A DNA stretch of 19,740 bases from Promethearchaeota archaeon (GTDB lineage: Archaea > Asgardarchaeota > Lokiarchaeia > Sigyniarchaeales > SOKP01). A program made the position numbers and the translations under genes. Each line of letters begins with the position of its first letter. Position 1 is the first letter of the stretch. Shown in pieces: positions 1-10,700 of the stretch. The notes beneath the pieces were generated by a model. The model was not told the DNA's origin and did not search any database. It was given only the letters and a program-made list of their open reading frames with translations. The stretch is from positions 1 through 19,740 of the forward strand of contig JBHLLT010000040.1 of the NCBI GenBank assembly GCA_048938855.1, in the 5' to 3' direction.

Positions 1-662
1 TCAGGAATCGAACCAACTTTTGAGATTTCCTTGGTAACTTGTTTTTCTCCAAGGAATTGTTGAACTTTTTCAACAATAGAATAAGCTTGATTTCCAATAA
101 TGATTAATTCTCGTTCAAAACCAGCAGGTATTTGAATTTCTTCTAATTTTTGCATTACCTGCTGAAAATCTACTTGAGTTTGTTCTTGTACAGATTCAGG
201 CATAGACTCATCACCCCGATATAAAGGACCTGTATTTTGAGCTGCACGTTCTTTACTACCTGCTATATTCATACCTTCAGCAGGTTTTGGAGCACCAAAA
301 ACATTTTTTTCTCTTAAAGGATGTACACTTGATGGAGAAACTTCTGCTGCTTTAATTTCTTTAGCGATTCCCGCTTCAGTACGCCCTCCAATTAGTTTAA
401 CGAAATCAGCATCTTCCTCACCTTCATCAAGAGGAACAACTGCATAATGCATTCCAACTTGACCTCGAATTTCTTGAGATCTTTTAGCTCCAATGAATTT
501 CGATCTTACACTACTTTTTAAGCCCTTCCATAAAAACACTTTTCTTACATCGTCAGCAACAAGAACATAACATTCATCTGTTTTTAAAACATCTTTTATT
601 GAATCTTTAGTTGTTATTTCAGTAGTAGTCCCATCAGGGTTAATAAGGAATAATTGTGGCAT
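1..662 (-). CDS. Gelsolin-domain protein (single gelsolin domain + linker + C-terminal domain; Asgard 1DGelX-like); 3' end runs off the window
   Basis: Manual translation from ATG at 662 gives 220 open codons to the window edge: MPQLFLINPDG...LKTDECYVLVADDVRKVFLWKGLKSSVRSKFIGAKRSQEIRGQVGMHYAVVPLDEGEEDADFVKLI...IPAGFERELIIIGNQAY. This matches the gelsolin repeat pattern L-x-x-D-x-Y-V-L...WxG-x-x-S...EGxE-x-x-x-F. A GGAGA SD-like motif lies at 672-676 on the minus strand. Confidence 0.85.
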   Translation of the reverse strand, partial: MPQLFLINPDGTTTEITTKDSIKDVLKTDECYVLVADDVRKVFLWKGLKSSVRSKFIGAKRSQEIRGQVGMHYAVVPLDEGEEDADFVKLIGGRTEAGIAKEIKAAEVSPSSVHPLREKNVFGAPKPAEGMNIAGSKERAAQNTGPLYRGDESMPESVQEQTQVDFQQVMQKLEEIQIPAGFERELIIIGNQAYSIVEKVQQFLGEKQVTKEISKVGSIP

Positions 663-843
663 TTTAATCAATCTCCATAATTTTATGTTGAAAGATAGTA
701 TGAATATTACTTAGCTAACCTCAACTGAAGTTTTCACAATAACTAAGTTAATAATATTATAAATTAAGAGTTAATAAATTTTTATTTTGGCATTATTTTA
801 CATTCTGAAATCTTTTGATAGATAAGTATTGTTTTGCAAAATG

Positions 844-2415
844 TTATAAATTAAGAACGTTTCTTAAAGCATTATTAATATTTTTTATCATATCTAATGC
901 TGTAAAACGTTCTCCAATAGTATCTTTACAATATTCTCCTATTAGTCCATTAAGAAATGCTGCAGAGCATGCTGATTTGAAAGGATTATTTTTAATTGAA
1001 ATAAAGCAATTACATAATCCCGCTAATACATCGCCGGTTCCACCAATAGTCATTTCAGCACAACCAGTTTTATTTACCTTAATTTGACTTCCATTCGATA
1101 TATAGTCATATGGTCCTTTAATTAATAAAGTTAAATCCAACCTTTTTGCTAAATCTAATATTACTTTACTTCTCTCATCAATATTTTTATACGGAGGTAG
1201 ATCTACTCCTAACATTATTTTCAACTCTCCCTCATGAGGAGTTAGGATAGCAGGCGACCCTTTTATTAATTCCAAATGATCTTTTACTAGTTTTAAAGCA
1301 TCAGCATCAAGAACAAATGATTTATTATGCTGTTTTAAAACTTTTAATAATTCCACCAAGAGATTTTCAGTTTCTTTTTTTAACCCCATACCAGGGCCAA
1401 TTAAAATCGAATCAGCCCATTTTATAAGTTCTGATAATTCTTCTAATGCATTTATATCTAACCAATTACCTTTATTTGATCTCACGATCATATTTGGAGA
1501 ATAACTCCTGAGAGGATTTGCAACAATATCTGGTACATATGTTATTACTAAATCAATTCCAAAGTGAATCCCAGTCAAAGAAGAATAAGCAGGAGCTCCA
1601 GAATAATTTTTAGAACCTCCGATTATTAAAATTTTCCCGAAATCTCCCTTATGAGCATCTAATTTTCTTTTTTTTAATGTAGAGATTAGATTACCTCTTC
1701 CAACAAAAAGGCTTGCTTCTGGAGGAATACCTATAGATCTGTCTAAAATTTCTTTTATGTGTGTATTACTACAAGATAACCCTAGCTTTCTTTTATGAAA
1801 TGTAATTACTAAATCTGCTATAACAGCTTTATCAGCAACATTACCAGTATTGGGATTTAATCCTGATGGCACATCTATAGATATTACGGTAACCTTTTCA
1901 TTACCCGCTTTTTTAATATCATTTATTAAATCAATAGCAGAAGCAATAGGTTCTCTGATTTTTCCTTCTATTCCTGTACCTAGTAAACCATCTACAACTA
2001 CACAATAACGCTTATCTCTTTTAATACGATTTCCTATAGTTATTAAATCTGTTGAATCTTTTACAATTTCTACATCAATAGAATAAGTAAGATTATTATA
2101 AATTATATCCCAGTTTAATTTAGCTTCTTTAGTACGAATTTTAGCTGGATCACCAACTAAAATAACCAAAACTTTTACACCATATGAGCTTAGGTGTCTA
2201 GCAACGACGAATCCATCTCCTCCATTGTTCCCTGTTCCACAAAAAATGAGTGCTTTATCTGCTTTTCCCAAATACTCACGATTGATAACTTTTTTTGCAA
2301 AGGAATAACCCGCACATTCCATTAAATGACTTTTCGGTATTCCAAGCCATTCTGAATTATTATCTAAAATTGCCATTTCTTCAGAATCTATCTTTTCAGA
2401 TTCAAATGATTTCAT
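844..2415 (-). CDS. nnr: Bifunctional NAD(P)H-hydrate epimerase / ADP-dependent NAD(P)H-hydrate dehydratase (YjeF_N + carbohydrate kinase domain)
   Basis: YjeF_N motifs LMECAG, GTGNNGGDG, DGLLGTG and SIDVPSG; C-terminal motifs HKGDFGK, GPGMG, DADAL, LTPHEGE and GGTGDVLAG. Confidence 0.95.
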   Translation of the reverse strand: MKSFESEKIDSEEMAILDNNSEWLGIPKSHLMECAGYSFAKKVINREYLGKADKALIFCGTGNNGGDGFVVARHLSSYGVKVLVILVGDPAKIRTKEAKLNWDIIYNNLTYSIDVEIVKDSTDLITIGNRIKRDKRYCVVVDGLLGTGIEGKIREPIASAIDLINDIKKAGNEKVTVISIDVPSGLNPNTGNVADKAVIADLVITFHKRKLGLSCSNTHIKEILDRSIGIPPEASLFVGRGNLISTLKKRKLDAHKGDFGKILIIGGSKNYSGAPAYSSLTGIHFGIDLVITYVPDIVANPLRSYSPNMIVRSNKGNWLDINALEELSELIKWADSILIGPGMGLKKETENLLVELLKVLKQHNKSFVLDADALKLVKDHLELIKGSPAILTPHEGELKIMLGVDLPPYKNIDERSKVILDLAKRLDLTLLIKGPYDYISNGSQIKVNKTGCAEMTIGGTGDVLAGLCNCFISIKNNPFKSACSAAFLNGLIGEYCKDTIGERFTALDMIKNINNALRNVLNL

Positions 2416-2541
2416 ATCAATTTTATTTAAGATTTAGAAATAAAAAATCTTTTAGTTTCAATCCAATTTTTAATTAGAAAAATATTTCATTATTCGAATA
2501 TTATTGAAATAAATACCAAGTATAATTAGGAAATTAGAAAT

Positions 2542-3351
2542 ATGAGCAAATCACTTGCAAAATATCAAGATTATGGAAAAAAATTCGAAGAATTTCTAAG
2601 ACCGTTGACATATCCAATTGCGATTAAATTTATTAAAGATGAAACAGATATCCCTCCTAATCATAAAAAGCCAAAAAATGATTTAGACGTTCGAATTTTT
2701 TTGTGTCAAGCATTTAAAATGGTTCGAAGCTATGGATGGACTATGTACATAACGGAAGAGGATTGCATATGCAAATTGGCAAGATATATTTATGGTTGGG
2801 ATCCAATGACAGAAGAGGCGATTAAATTTTCTAATCAGTTTAGTGTTGGACTTTACGCTAAAGATCTTGAAACAGCAAGAAAATGGCAAGAAAATATTTA
2901 TTTATTAGAAGAGAAATTTCTAGGTGTAGCAATATCACCATTAACAAGAACTAAAATAGAACCAGATATAGTTCAAATCTATTGTAATCCTGCACAAGCT
3001 ATGAGATTAATCCAATCTTATCTTTATATTAAAGGTGGGGTACTAACGTTCACATCCGCAGGGAGAGGTGCTACATGCCATGAGGGGGTAATAAAAAGTC
3101 TCAAAACGAATGAGCCTCAGCTAGTAATCCCTGGAAATGGTGATAGAGTTTGGGGTGGAGCAGAAGATACAGAAGTGATGTTTTCGATTCCTAATGAAAA
3201 ATTGGATAATATTATAGAAGGATTAGAAGCTACTCATAAGGCAGGTTTAAGATATCCAATCCCAAAATATATGAATTATAATCCCGGCTTCCAAACTGCA
3301 TTTAAAGATAATGTAAAAGCAAGAGCAGGAAGCACAATAGTTAAAGAATAA
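2542..3351 (+). CDS. DUF169 family protein
   Basis: Motifs YPIAIKF, FLCQAF, DCIC, PDIVQIYCNPAQAMRL, ATCHE, PGNGDR and EVMFSIP match the DUF169 pattern with conserved Cys. Confidence 0.8.
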   Translation: MSKSLAKYQDYGKKFEEFLRPLTYPIAIKFIKDETDIPPNHKKPKNDLDVRIFLCQAFKMVRSYGWTMYITEEDCICKLARYIYGWDPMTEEAIKFSNQFSVGLYAKDLETARKWQENIYLLEEKFLGVAISPLTRTKIEPDIVQIYCNPAQAMRLIQSYLYIKGGVLTFTSAGRGATCHEGVIKSLKTNEPQLVIPGNGDRVWGGAEDTEVMFSIPNEKLDNIIEGLEATHKAGLRYPIPKYMNYNPGFQTAFKDNVKARAGSTIVKE

Positions 3352-3397
3352 TAAATTTGCTTTAAGAATTACTAAAATTGAAATTGAGTGAACAATA

Positions 3398-4399
3398 ATG
3401 AATAATATGCAAAAAATGATAATTTCAGCTCAGAAAGCGATGATTCATGTAATGAAATTAACAAAAGATGATGTTGTATTAATTATAACTGATGAAGATA
3501 CCAAAAGTGTTGGTGAAGCATTTTATAATGCAGTTATTAAAAATAATTGTTCAGCACAGTTGTATTTACTTCCTGAAAAAAAACGCCCATTAATTAACAT
3601 ACCATCAGAAATGGATGAGTTAGCTGAAGATGCAACAATAGTGATTAATGCGTTTAGAGGATTAAGTAAGGAAACACCGTTTCGAGTTAAATGGGTTAAA
3701 AAAATTCTTGCAACAAAATCAATCCGATTGGGACATGGCGCCGGTATTACCAAAACTATGATGATTGATGGTCCATTGAATATTGATTACGATACTATGG
3801 GAAATATTGCAGATAAATTAAAAAATAAATTAGAAAACGCTAAAATAGCACATGTTACAGCACCGGGTGGAACAGATATTGTTTTAAACATTGAAGATCG
3901 AGGATTCTCAACAGATGTTCGAATTACTAAAGAACCTTATTTTGTTAATCTGCCATGTGGTGAAATATGGTGTGGGCCTATTGAAACTCAAGCCGATGGT
4001 ATCATTGTATGTGATGGTTCAATTGGAGATCTTGGGAGAGTAAAAAAACCCTTGAAAATTACAGTAAAAAAAGGTAAACTTACTAAATTAGAAAGTGAAG
4101 ATAAAAAGTTAGTTAAAGAAGTCGAAAAATTAGTAAGTTTTGATGAAGAAGCAAGCATTATCGGGGAATTAGGAATAGGATTAAATCCAAAAGCTAAATT
4201 AAGCGGAATTCTGCTTGAAGATGAAAAGGCACTAAAAACAGCCCATATTGCATTTGGAAACAATACTGATATGCAAGGTGGACAAAACACATCAAAAACT
4301 CACAGAGATTTCTTATTCTATGATCCAACAATAAAAATTACCTATAATGACGGTAATACAAAAATTTTAATGAAAAATGGGAATTTTATATTTAATTAA
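3398..4399 (+). CDS. M29 family (AmpS/AmpT-like) metallo-aminopeptidase
   Basis: Motifs NLPCGEI, DG.IVCDG, IGELGIGLN, LLEDEK..KTAHIAFGNN and HRD. Confidence 0.85.
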   Translation: MNNMQKMIISAQKAMIHVMKLTKDDVVLIITDEDTKSVGEAFYNAVIKNNCSAQLYLLPEKKRPLINIPSEMDELAEDATIVINAFRGLSKETPFRVKWVKKILATKSIRLGHGAGITKTMMIDGPLNIDYDTMGNIADKLKNKLENAKIAHVTAPGGTDIVLNIEDRGFSTDVRITKEPYFVNLPCGEIWCGPIETQADGIIVCDGSIGDLGRVKKPLKITVKKGKLTKLESEDKKLVKEVEKLVSFDEEASIIGELGIGLNPKAKLSGILLEDEKALKTAHIAFGNNTDMQGGQNTSKTHRDFLFYDPTIKITYNDGNTKILMKNGNFIFN

Positions 4400-4770
4400 T
4401 ACAAATCTACTGTTTTTCATAATTCGTGCTTTTCTTTTCTTATTATTACTGTTTATTAGCTTTTAAAATATTTAAAAATGAGAAGACAAATCCTTATTCA
4501 TAATAACTACAATTTTGTAAAACATATTTAAAGAAACATAGAGAATCAATAATAAACGCAATGGATTCTAAATTTCCTTTTTTTCATAGGATAAAGAAGG
4601 AAATTAGATAAAATATATAAATTGTTTGAGATGAACAAACCTTGTTTATTCACACATTTATTAGTCCAATAAAAACTAATCTCTAAAAGCGAAAAAAAAT
4701 AATTGAATACATAGTGAAATCCTTAAGAATTGAATAGAATGTAAAAATATATCAATCATTAGAAAATAAT

Positions 4771-7700
4771 ATGATAAACCGCTTTAGACTTTTTCGAGAT
4801 AAAATACACAGGTTTAGAAGGAAACAGAAAATCCTTACAACCTTAGTTGGACTTATGCTATGCTTAATAATAATGAATTTTTTTTCCTCAGACTCTATGT
4901 ATAATAATTCTCTTAATAATTTACAAAACGATGAGTTCTACATCATCTTAGACCCAAAAGCTTCAGGAGTACCGAATATCACAGTAAATATTCCAACTAA
5001 TTATTCTCTACATGGAAAAACCGCACCAGATTATTCTATTAATATAACTGGAGGCCCAGGTAATTATACTTGGTATGAATTTTTAGAAACTAGTAGCAAA
5101 TCTACTCCTATAGAATTGAGTGGCCTTTTAGATGAAGAGGTGAATGGTACATTTGATCAAGATTTATGGGATAATTTAGATAATGGAACAGTTACTATTA
5201 GATTCTATGCAAATGATTCCCATAATGCAGTTGGATATACTGATATAGTAATTCGGGTTGATAAAATTGCTCCTGGAAAGCCAAGTAATTTAGTAGTAAT
5301 TCCTTCTACATGGGCAAATACAAATAATTATAATTTATCTTGGTCAAATCCTTTAGAACCATCAGGTATAATTGGTGCCTATTATAAATTAGACGGGGTT
5401 CCGACATCAGATAATAACGGAACCTATGTTCCCGGAATAAATATCGAATCGATTACTAATATATCAGTCTCAACAGATGGGAATCACACTATCTATGTAT
5501 GGTTGGTTGATGCTGCAGGAAATATTAATTATACAAATTACGCATCAGCACAATTATATTTGGATACTTCAGATCCTTTAGCACCATCGTTACTAATAGC
5601 TACTCCTAGTTCATGGACAAATGAAAATAGTTTTAGTTTATCCTGGTCAAACCCTTTAGAATCCTCAGGTATAATTGGAGCTTATTATAAATTAGATGAG
5701 GCTCCAAAATCAGATGATAACGGAACTTATGTTCCCGGAGTAAATATCGAGTCGATTTTGAACATATCAGTCTCTATAGATGGAAATCATACAATCTATG
5801 TATGGTTAGTTGATGTTGCGGGGAATATAGACTATACCAATTATGCATCAACACAATTATATTTAGATACTTCTGACCCTCTAGCACCATCTTCATTAAT
5901 TGCTACTCCTGGTTTATGGACAAATATAGATAGCTTTAATCTAACATGGGTAAATCCATCAGAGCTATCTGGAATAGTAGGGGTTTACTATAACTTGGAT
6001 ATTGCGCCTACAGCCGATGATAGCGGAACCTATGTTCCTGGAGTAAATATTGAATCGATTACTGGCATTTCAGTCTCATCAGATGGAAATCATACAATTT
6101 ATGTATGGTTAGTTGATGCTGCGGGAAATGTTAATTATGTTAATTACATAACAACACAGTTATATTTAGATACTTCAGATCCTTCAGCACCGTCTTCATT
6201 AATAGCAACTCCAGGTTCATGGACGAATATAGATAGCTTTAATCTAACTTGGGTAAATCCTTCTGACCTATCTGGGATAAGTGGAGTGTATTTTAAATTA
6301 GATGAGGTTCCTACATCAGATGATAACGGAACTTATGTTCCCGGAGCAAATATCGAGTCGATTACTGGCATTTCAGTCTCATCAGAGGGGAATCATACAA
6401 TCTATGTATGGTTAGTTGATGTTGCGGGGAATATAGACTATACCAATTATGCATCAACACAATTATATTTCGATACGTCAGATCCTTTAGCACCGACTTC
6501 ATTAATTGCTACTCCCAGTTTATGGACAAATATAGATAGTTTTAATCTAACCTGGGTAAATCCATCAGAGCTATCTGGAATAGTAGGGGTTTACTATACC
6601 TTGGATATTGCACCTATAGCGGATGATGATGGAGTCTATGTTCCTGGAGTAAATATTGAGTCGATTACTGGCATTTCAGTCTCATCAGATGGGAATCATA
6701 CAATCTATGTTTGGTTAGTTGATGCAGCAGGAAATGTAGATTACATCAACTACGCATCAACACAATTATATCTAGATACTTCAGATCCTTTAGCACCAAC
6801 TTCATTAATAGCTACACCTGGTTCATGGACGAGAATAGATAGCTTTAATCTAACCTGGGTAAATCCATCAGAGCTATCTGGAATAGTAGGGGTTTACTAT
6901 ACCTTGGATATTGCACCTATAGCGGATGATGATGGAGTCTATGTTCCTGGAGTAAATATTGAGTCGATTACTGGCATTTCAGTCTCATCAGATGGGAATC
7001 ATACAATCTATGTTTGGTTAGTTGATGCAGCAGGAAATGTAGATTACATCAACTACGCATCAACACAATTATATCTAGATACTTCAGATCCTTTAGCACC
7101 ATCTTCATTAATTGCTACTCCTGGTTTATGGACAAATATAGATAGCTTTAATCTGACATGGGTAAATCCTTTTGACCTGTCAGGGATAAGTGGAGTCTAT
7201 TATAAATTAGATGAAGCTCCAATATCAGATAATAACGGAATCTATACTGCTGGAGTAAATATCGAATCAATTTCTGGCATTTCAGTCTCATCAGATGGGA
7301 ACCATACTATCTATGTATGGTTGGTTGATGCTGCAGGAAATATTGATTACAGTAATGTTGGAACTGTTCAAATGTATCTTGATGCATTAGAACCATCAAT
7401 TATTGACTCTCAAGATGGTGATAATAATTGGCGAGATACTGGAGGTACGACATATAACATCGATTTTTCAGATGGTATTACTTCATCTAACCTTGACTAT
7501 GCCCAATACATTATTACTAGTGAGGTTGGACAAGGAGGAATAGTTTTGAAAAATTGGACCTACATTTTTATTGATCTTGGAATAACAGATTATATAGTTG
7601 ATTGGACAATTGATTTTACAGCATGTCAAGAGGGAATAAATTATATCTCTGTAAGAGTTTATGATAAAGCAGGAAATGTAGCGATCTTAAATGATGCCTT

Positions 7701-10700
7701 TTACGTTAAAAAAGATACAATCTATCCCATCGTGACTATTAATGATCCTTTAAATAATTCATACTGGAATTTACCTCCTCCAATTAATGTCTCTGTTCTT
7801 GAACCAAATTTAGCATCTTTAACATATACAATAATTGGATATTTTCCAATAAATAATTGGTTAGAAAACAATACAGAAGAATTATTAAATGAAGATATAT
7901 GGAATAATTTGCCTCAAGGAAAATTCCAGCTTGTAATTACATGTTTTGATATTTTAGGTCATAGTAGCGAAATTATTTTAAGTTTATATAAAGATACTCT
8001 TGCACCAACATTATTAATAAACGCTCCTATGAATGCAACATTTTATAATTCACCCCCATTTTTCAATGTTAGCGCTTTTGATCCTAATCTTGATACAATA
8101 TGGTATAGTATAAACAATATAAACAAAACATTGACAAACAATACTCTACAACAACTGGATTTATCAATTTGGAATGGGTTACCCGAAGAGGGAGAATTTC
8201 AAGTGTATTTCTATGCTAATGATACTTTTGGATATTTAAATAATAATATCACACTTACTCTTTATAGAGATATTATAGCTCCAAATTTGATAATAAACAC
8301 TCCTTCTAATAATACTTATTGGAAAGTAGCACCAACCATTAATGTAATAGTCATGGACTCATATCTTCATACTATTTGGTATCGTGTGCTAGGTACTAAT
8401 ATTATTTTATTGAATAACACAGACCAACAGTTAAATTCGAATATATGGGAAAATTTGCCAGAAGAAGGAGAATTTACAATATATTTTTACGCTAATGACA
8501 CTTCAGGAAATATTAATAATTTTTCTATTTTGAAACTTCATAAAGATATTAGAAATCCATCAATAACTATTAATAATCCAAAACGTAATGATTTGTTTGG
8601 TGATATTGCACCAAGTTTTGATATTTCCATCAGTGAAACCTATTTGAACCAAACTTGGTATACTGTGGTAGGAGGAACTTTAAACTATTCATTTATTGGC
8701 TTTACAGGTCAAATCAATCAAGGCTTATGGAATGAATTTTCAAATGGAACTGTCACTATCAGATTTTATGCGAACGATACTGTCGGTAATCTTGGAATTG
8801 TTGAAGTTACTATTAGAAAAAATATATATGCTCCAATTATTACTATAATCTCTCCTGGAGAAAATGAGCTATTTGGAATTGACGCTCCTAATTTTACAAT
8901 CTATAAATCAGGTCTAGCACTAAATACTACATGGTACACAATTGACAATGGATTTACTAATTTTACTTTTTATGGATTAATTGGTACAATTGATCAAGAT
9001 GCTTGGGAACTTTATGGTTTTGCAAACATAACAATAACGTTTTATATAAACGATTCTCTTGGAAAAATAGGATATGATGTAGTAACTATCAAAAAAGATC
9101 CTGATCCTCCAGTAATTTCTATTACATTTATTAATCCTGTAAGTAATAATTCATATTGTTCGGTAGAGCCAATTTTTAGAGTTTCAGTGTATGAACCTCA
9201 CCTTCTAAAAATTTGGTATAAAGTTGGAACTATAACTGTGGAGATACCAAATAATTCAGATATTACTCTTAACAGCTCCATTTGGGATAACCTCTATCAA
9301 GGCAAATTTGTAATTGAAATTTTTGCTGAGGATTTATTGGGATATGTTAACGACCCTGCTAATTTAACATATTATAAAGACACTCTCGCTCCTACATTAA
9401 TAATAAATGACCCTTATCATCAAGCTTACTATGACTCTCCACCTCCAATAAATGTCACTGTTTTTGATCCAAATTTCCTGACTCTGACCTATACTGTTAT
9501 AGGATATCTTCCAAGTAATATCTGGTTAGTAAATAATACAGAAGAATTTCTTGATCAGGATATTTGGGATGCCTTACCTCAAGGAGAATTTTTTATTAGT
9601 TTTAGTGCTTATGATAGTTTTGGACATCCTAACAATACATTTATTTTAACCTTATACAAAGATACCACTGCTCCAACATTATTGATAAATGCTCCCACAA
9701 ATAATAGTTATTGGAATGTACCACCTTTACTCAATGTAATTGCATTTGATCCAAACCTTGATACTATTTGGTATAATTATGGAATGGCATCAATAGAATT
9801 GTACAATAATACTGACCAATTATTTGATTCTTCTCTGTGGGCTAGTATATCTGATGGTTTTTTTTATGTTGATTTTTATGCTAATGATACTTTTGGTAAG
9901 ATAAGTACGCTAGTACGTATTAATCTAACTAAAGATATTACTTTACCTCTTATTGCTATTTCTTCTCCATTTAACAATACTTATTATTCTAATCCTCCAA
10001 CTATGAATATAATTGCTACTGATATTAATCTAGATACGCTATGGTATATTGTTATGGGTACTAAAATAACCCTTACTAATGGACCAGAACCACTAGATGT
10101 AAATATTTGGAACAATCTATCTCAAGGAAAGTTTCAAGTTTTAATATTTGCAAATGATTCTGCAGGGAATTTAAATGATTTTTATATATTAACCCTCTAT
10201 AAAGATACCTATGCGCCTTTAATTTTTGCTAATTCACCTCAGAATAATACTTTATGGAATTCAAGGCCAATATTAAATATATTAGTATATGATCCAAGTT
10301 TAGATTCAATCAGTTATAGCGTCTTGGGATATTCTCCAATATCACTATTGAATAACACTGATGAGTTATTTGATAGCTTTATATGGACTGAAATAGAAGA
10401 TGGAATGTTTATTGTAAAAATTTTCGCAGAGGATATTTTTGGTCATAATCATTCTATAAATCTAACATTATATAAAGATACTCACGCTCCCGAGATATAT
10501 ATTAATTTTCCTAACCCAGATGGTCTTTTTGGTGATATAGCTCCTGACTTTGATATTTCTGTTATCGATAGTCATTTAGATACCACTTGGTATACTCTAA
10601 TTGGTGAAAATGTAAATATAACATTTACAGGATCAAGTGGGTCAATTGATCAAACAATTTGGAATAAATTTAGCAATGGGACTGTTACAATAAGGTTTTA

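Noticed and set aside
3-13. GGTTCGATTCC on the minus strand resembles a tRNA T-arm
   Set aside because: It lies in frame within the gelsolin CDS (VGSIP) and has no D-arm or anticodon arm upstream.
815-4290. Short ORFs 815-1087, 2295-2477, 2683-2889, 3523-3753 and 3988-4290
   Set aside because: Antisense shadows of well-supported genes with no recognisable motifs.
4400-4770. 370-bp intergenic region with an imperfect inverted repeat ATGAACAA-acc-TTGTTTAT (4631-4649) as a possible ncRNA or operator
   Set aside because: Very AT-rich, with no GC-rich stems or box motifs; compatible with chance.
5260-7380. Tandem repeats as a CRISPR array or DGR template/variable repeats
   Set aside because: They are in-frame 303-bp coding units with no spacers, differences are not adenine-specific, and there is no cas or reverse transcriptase gene in the window.
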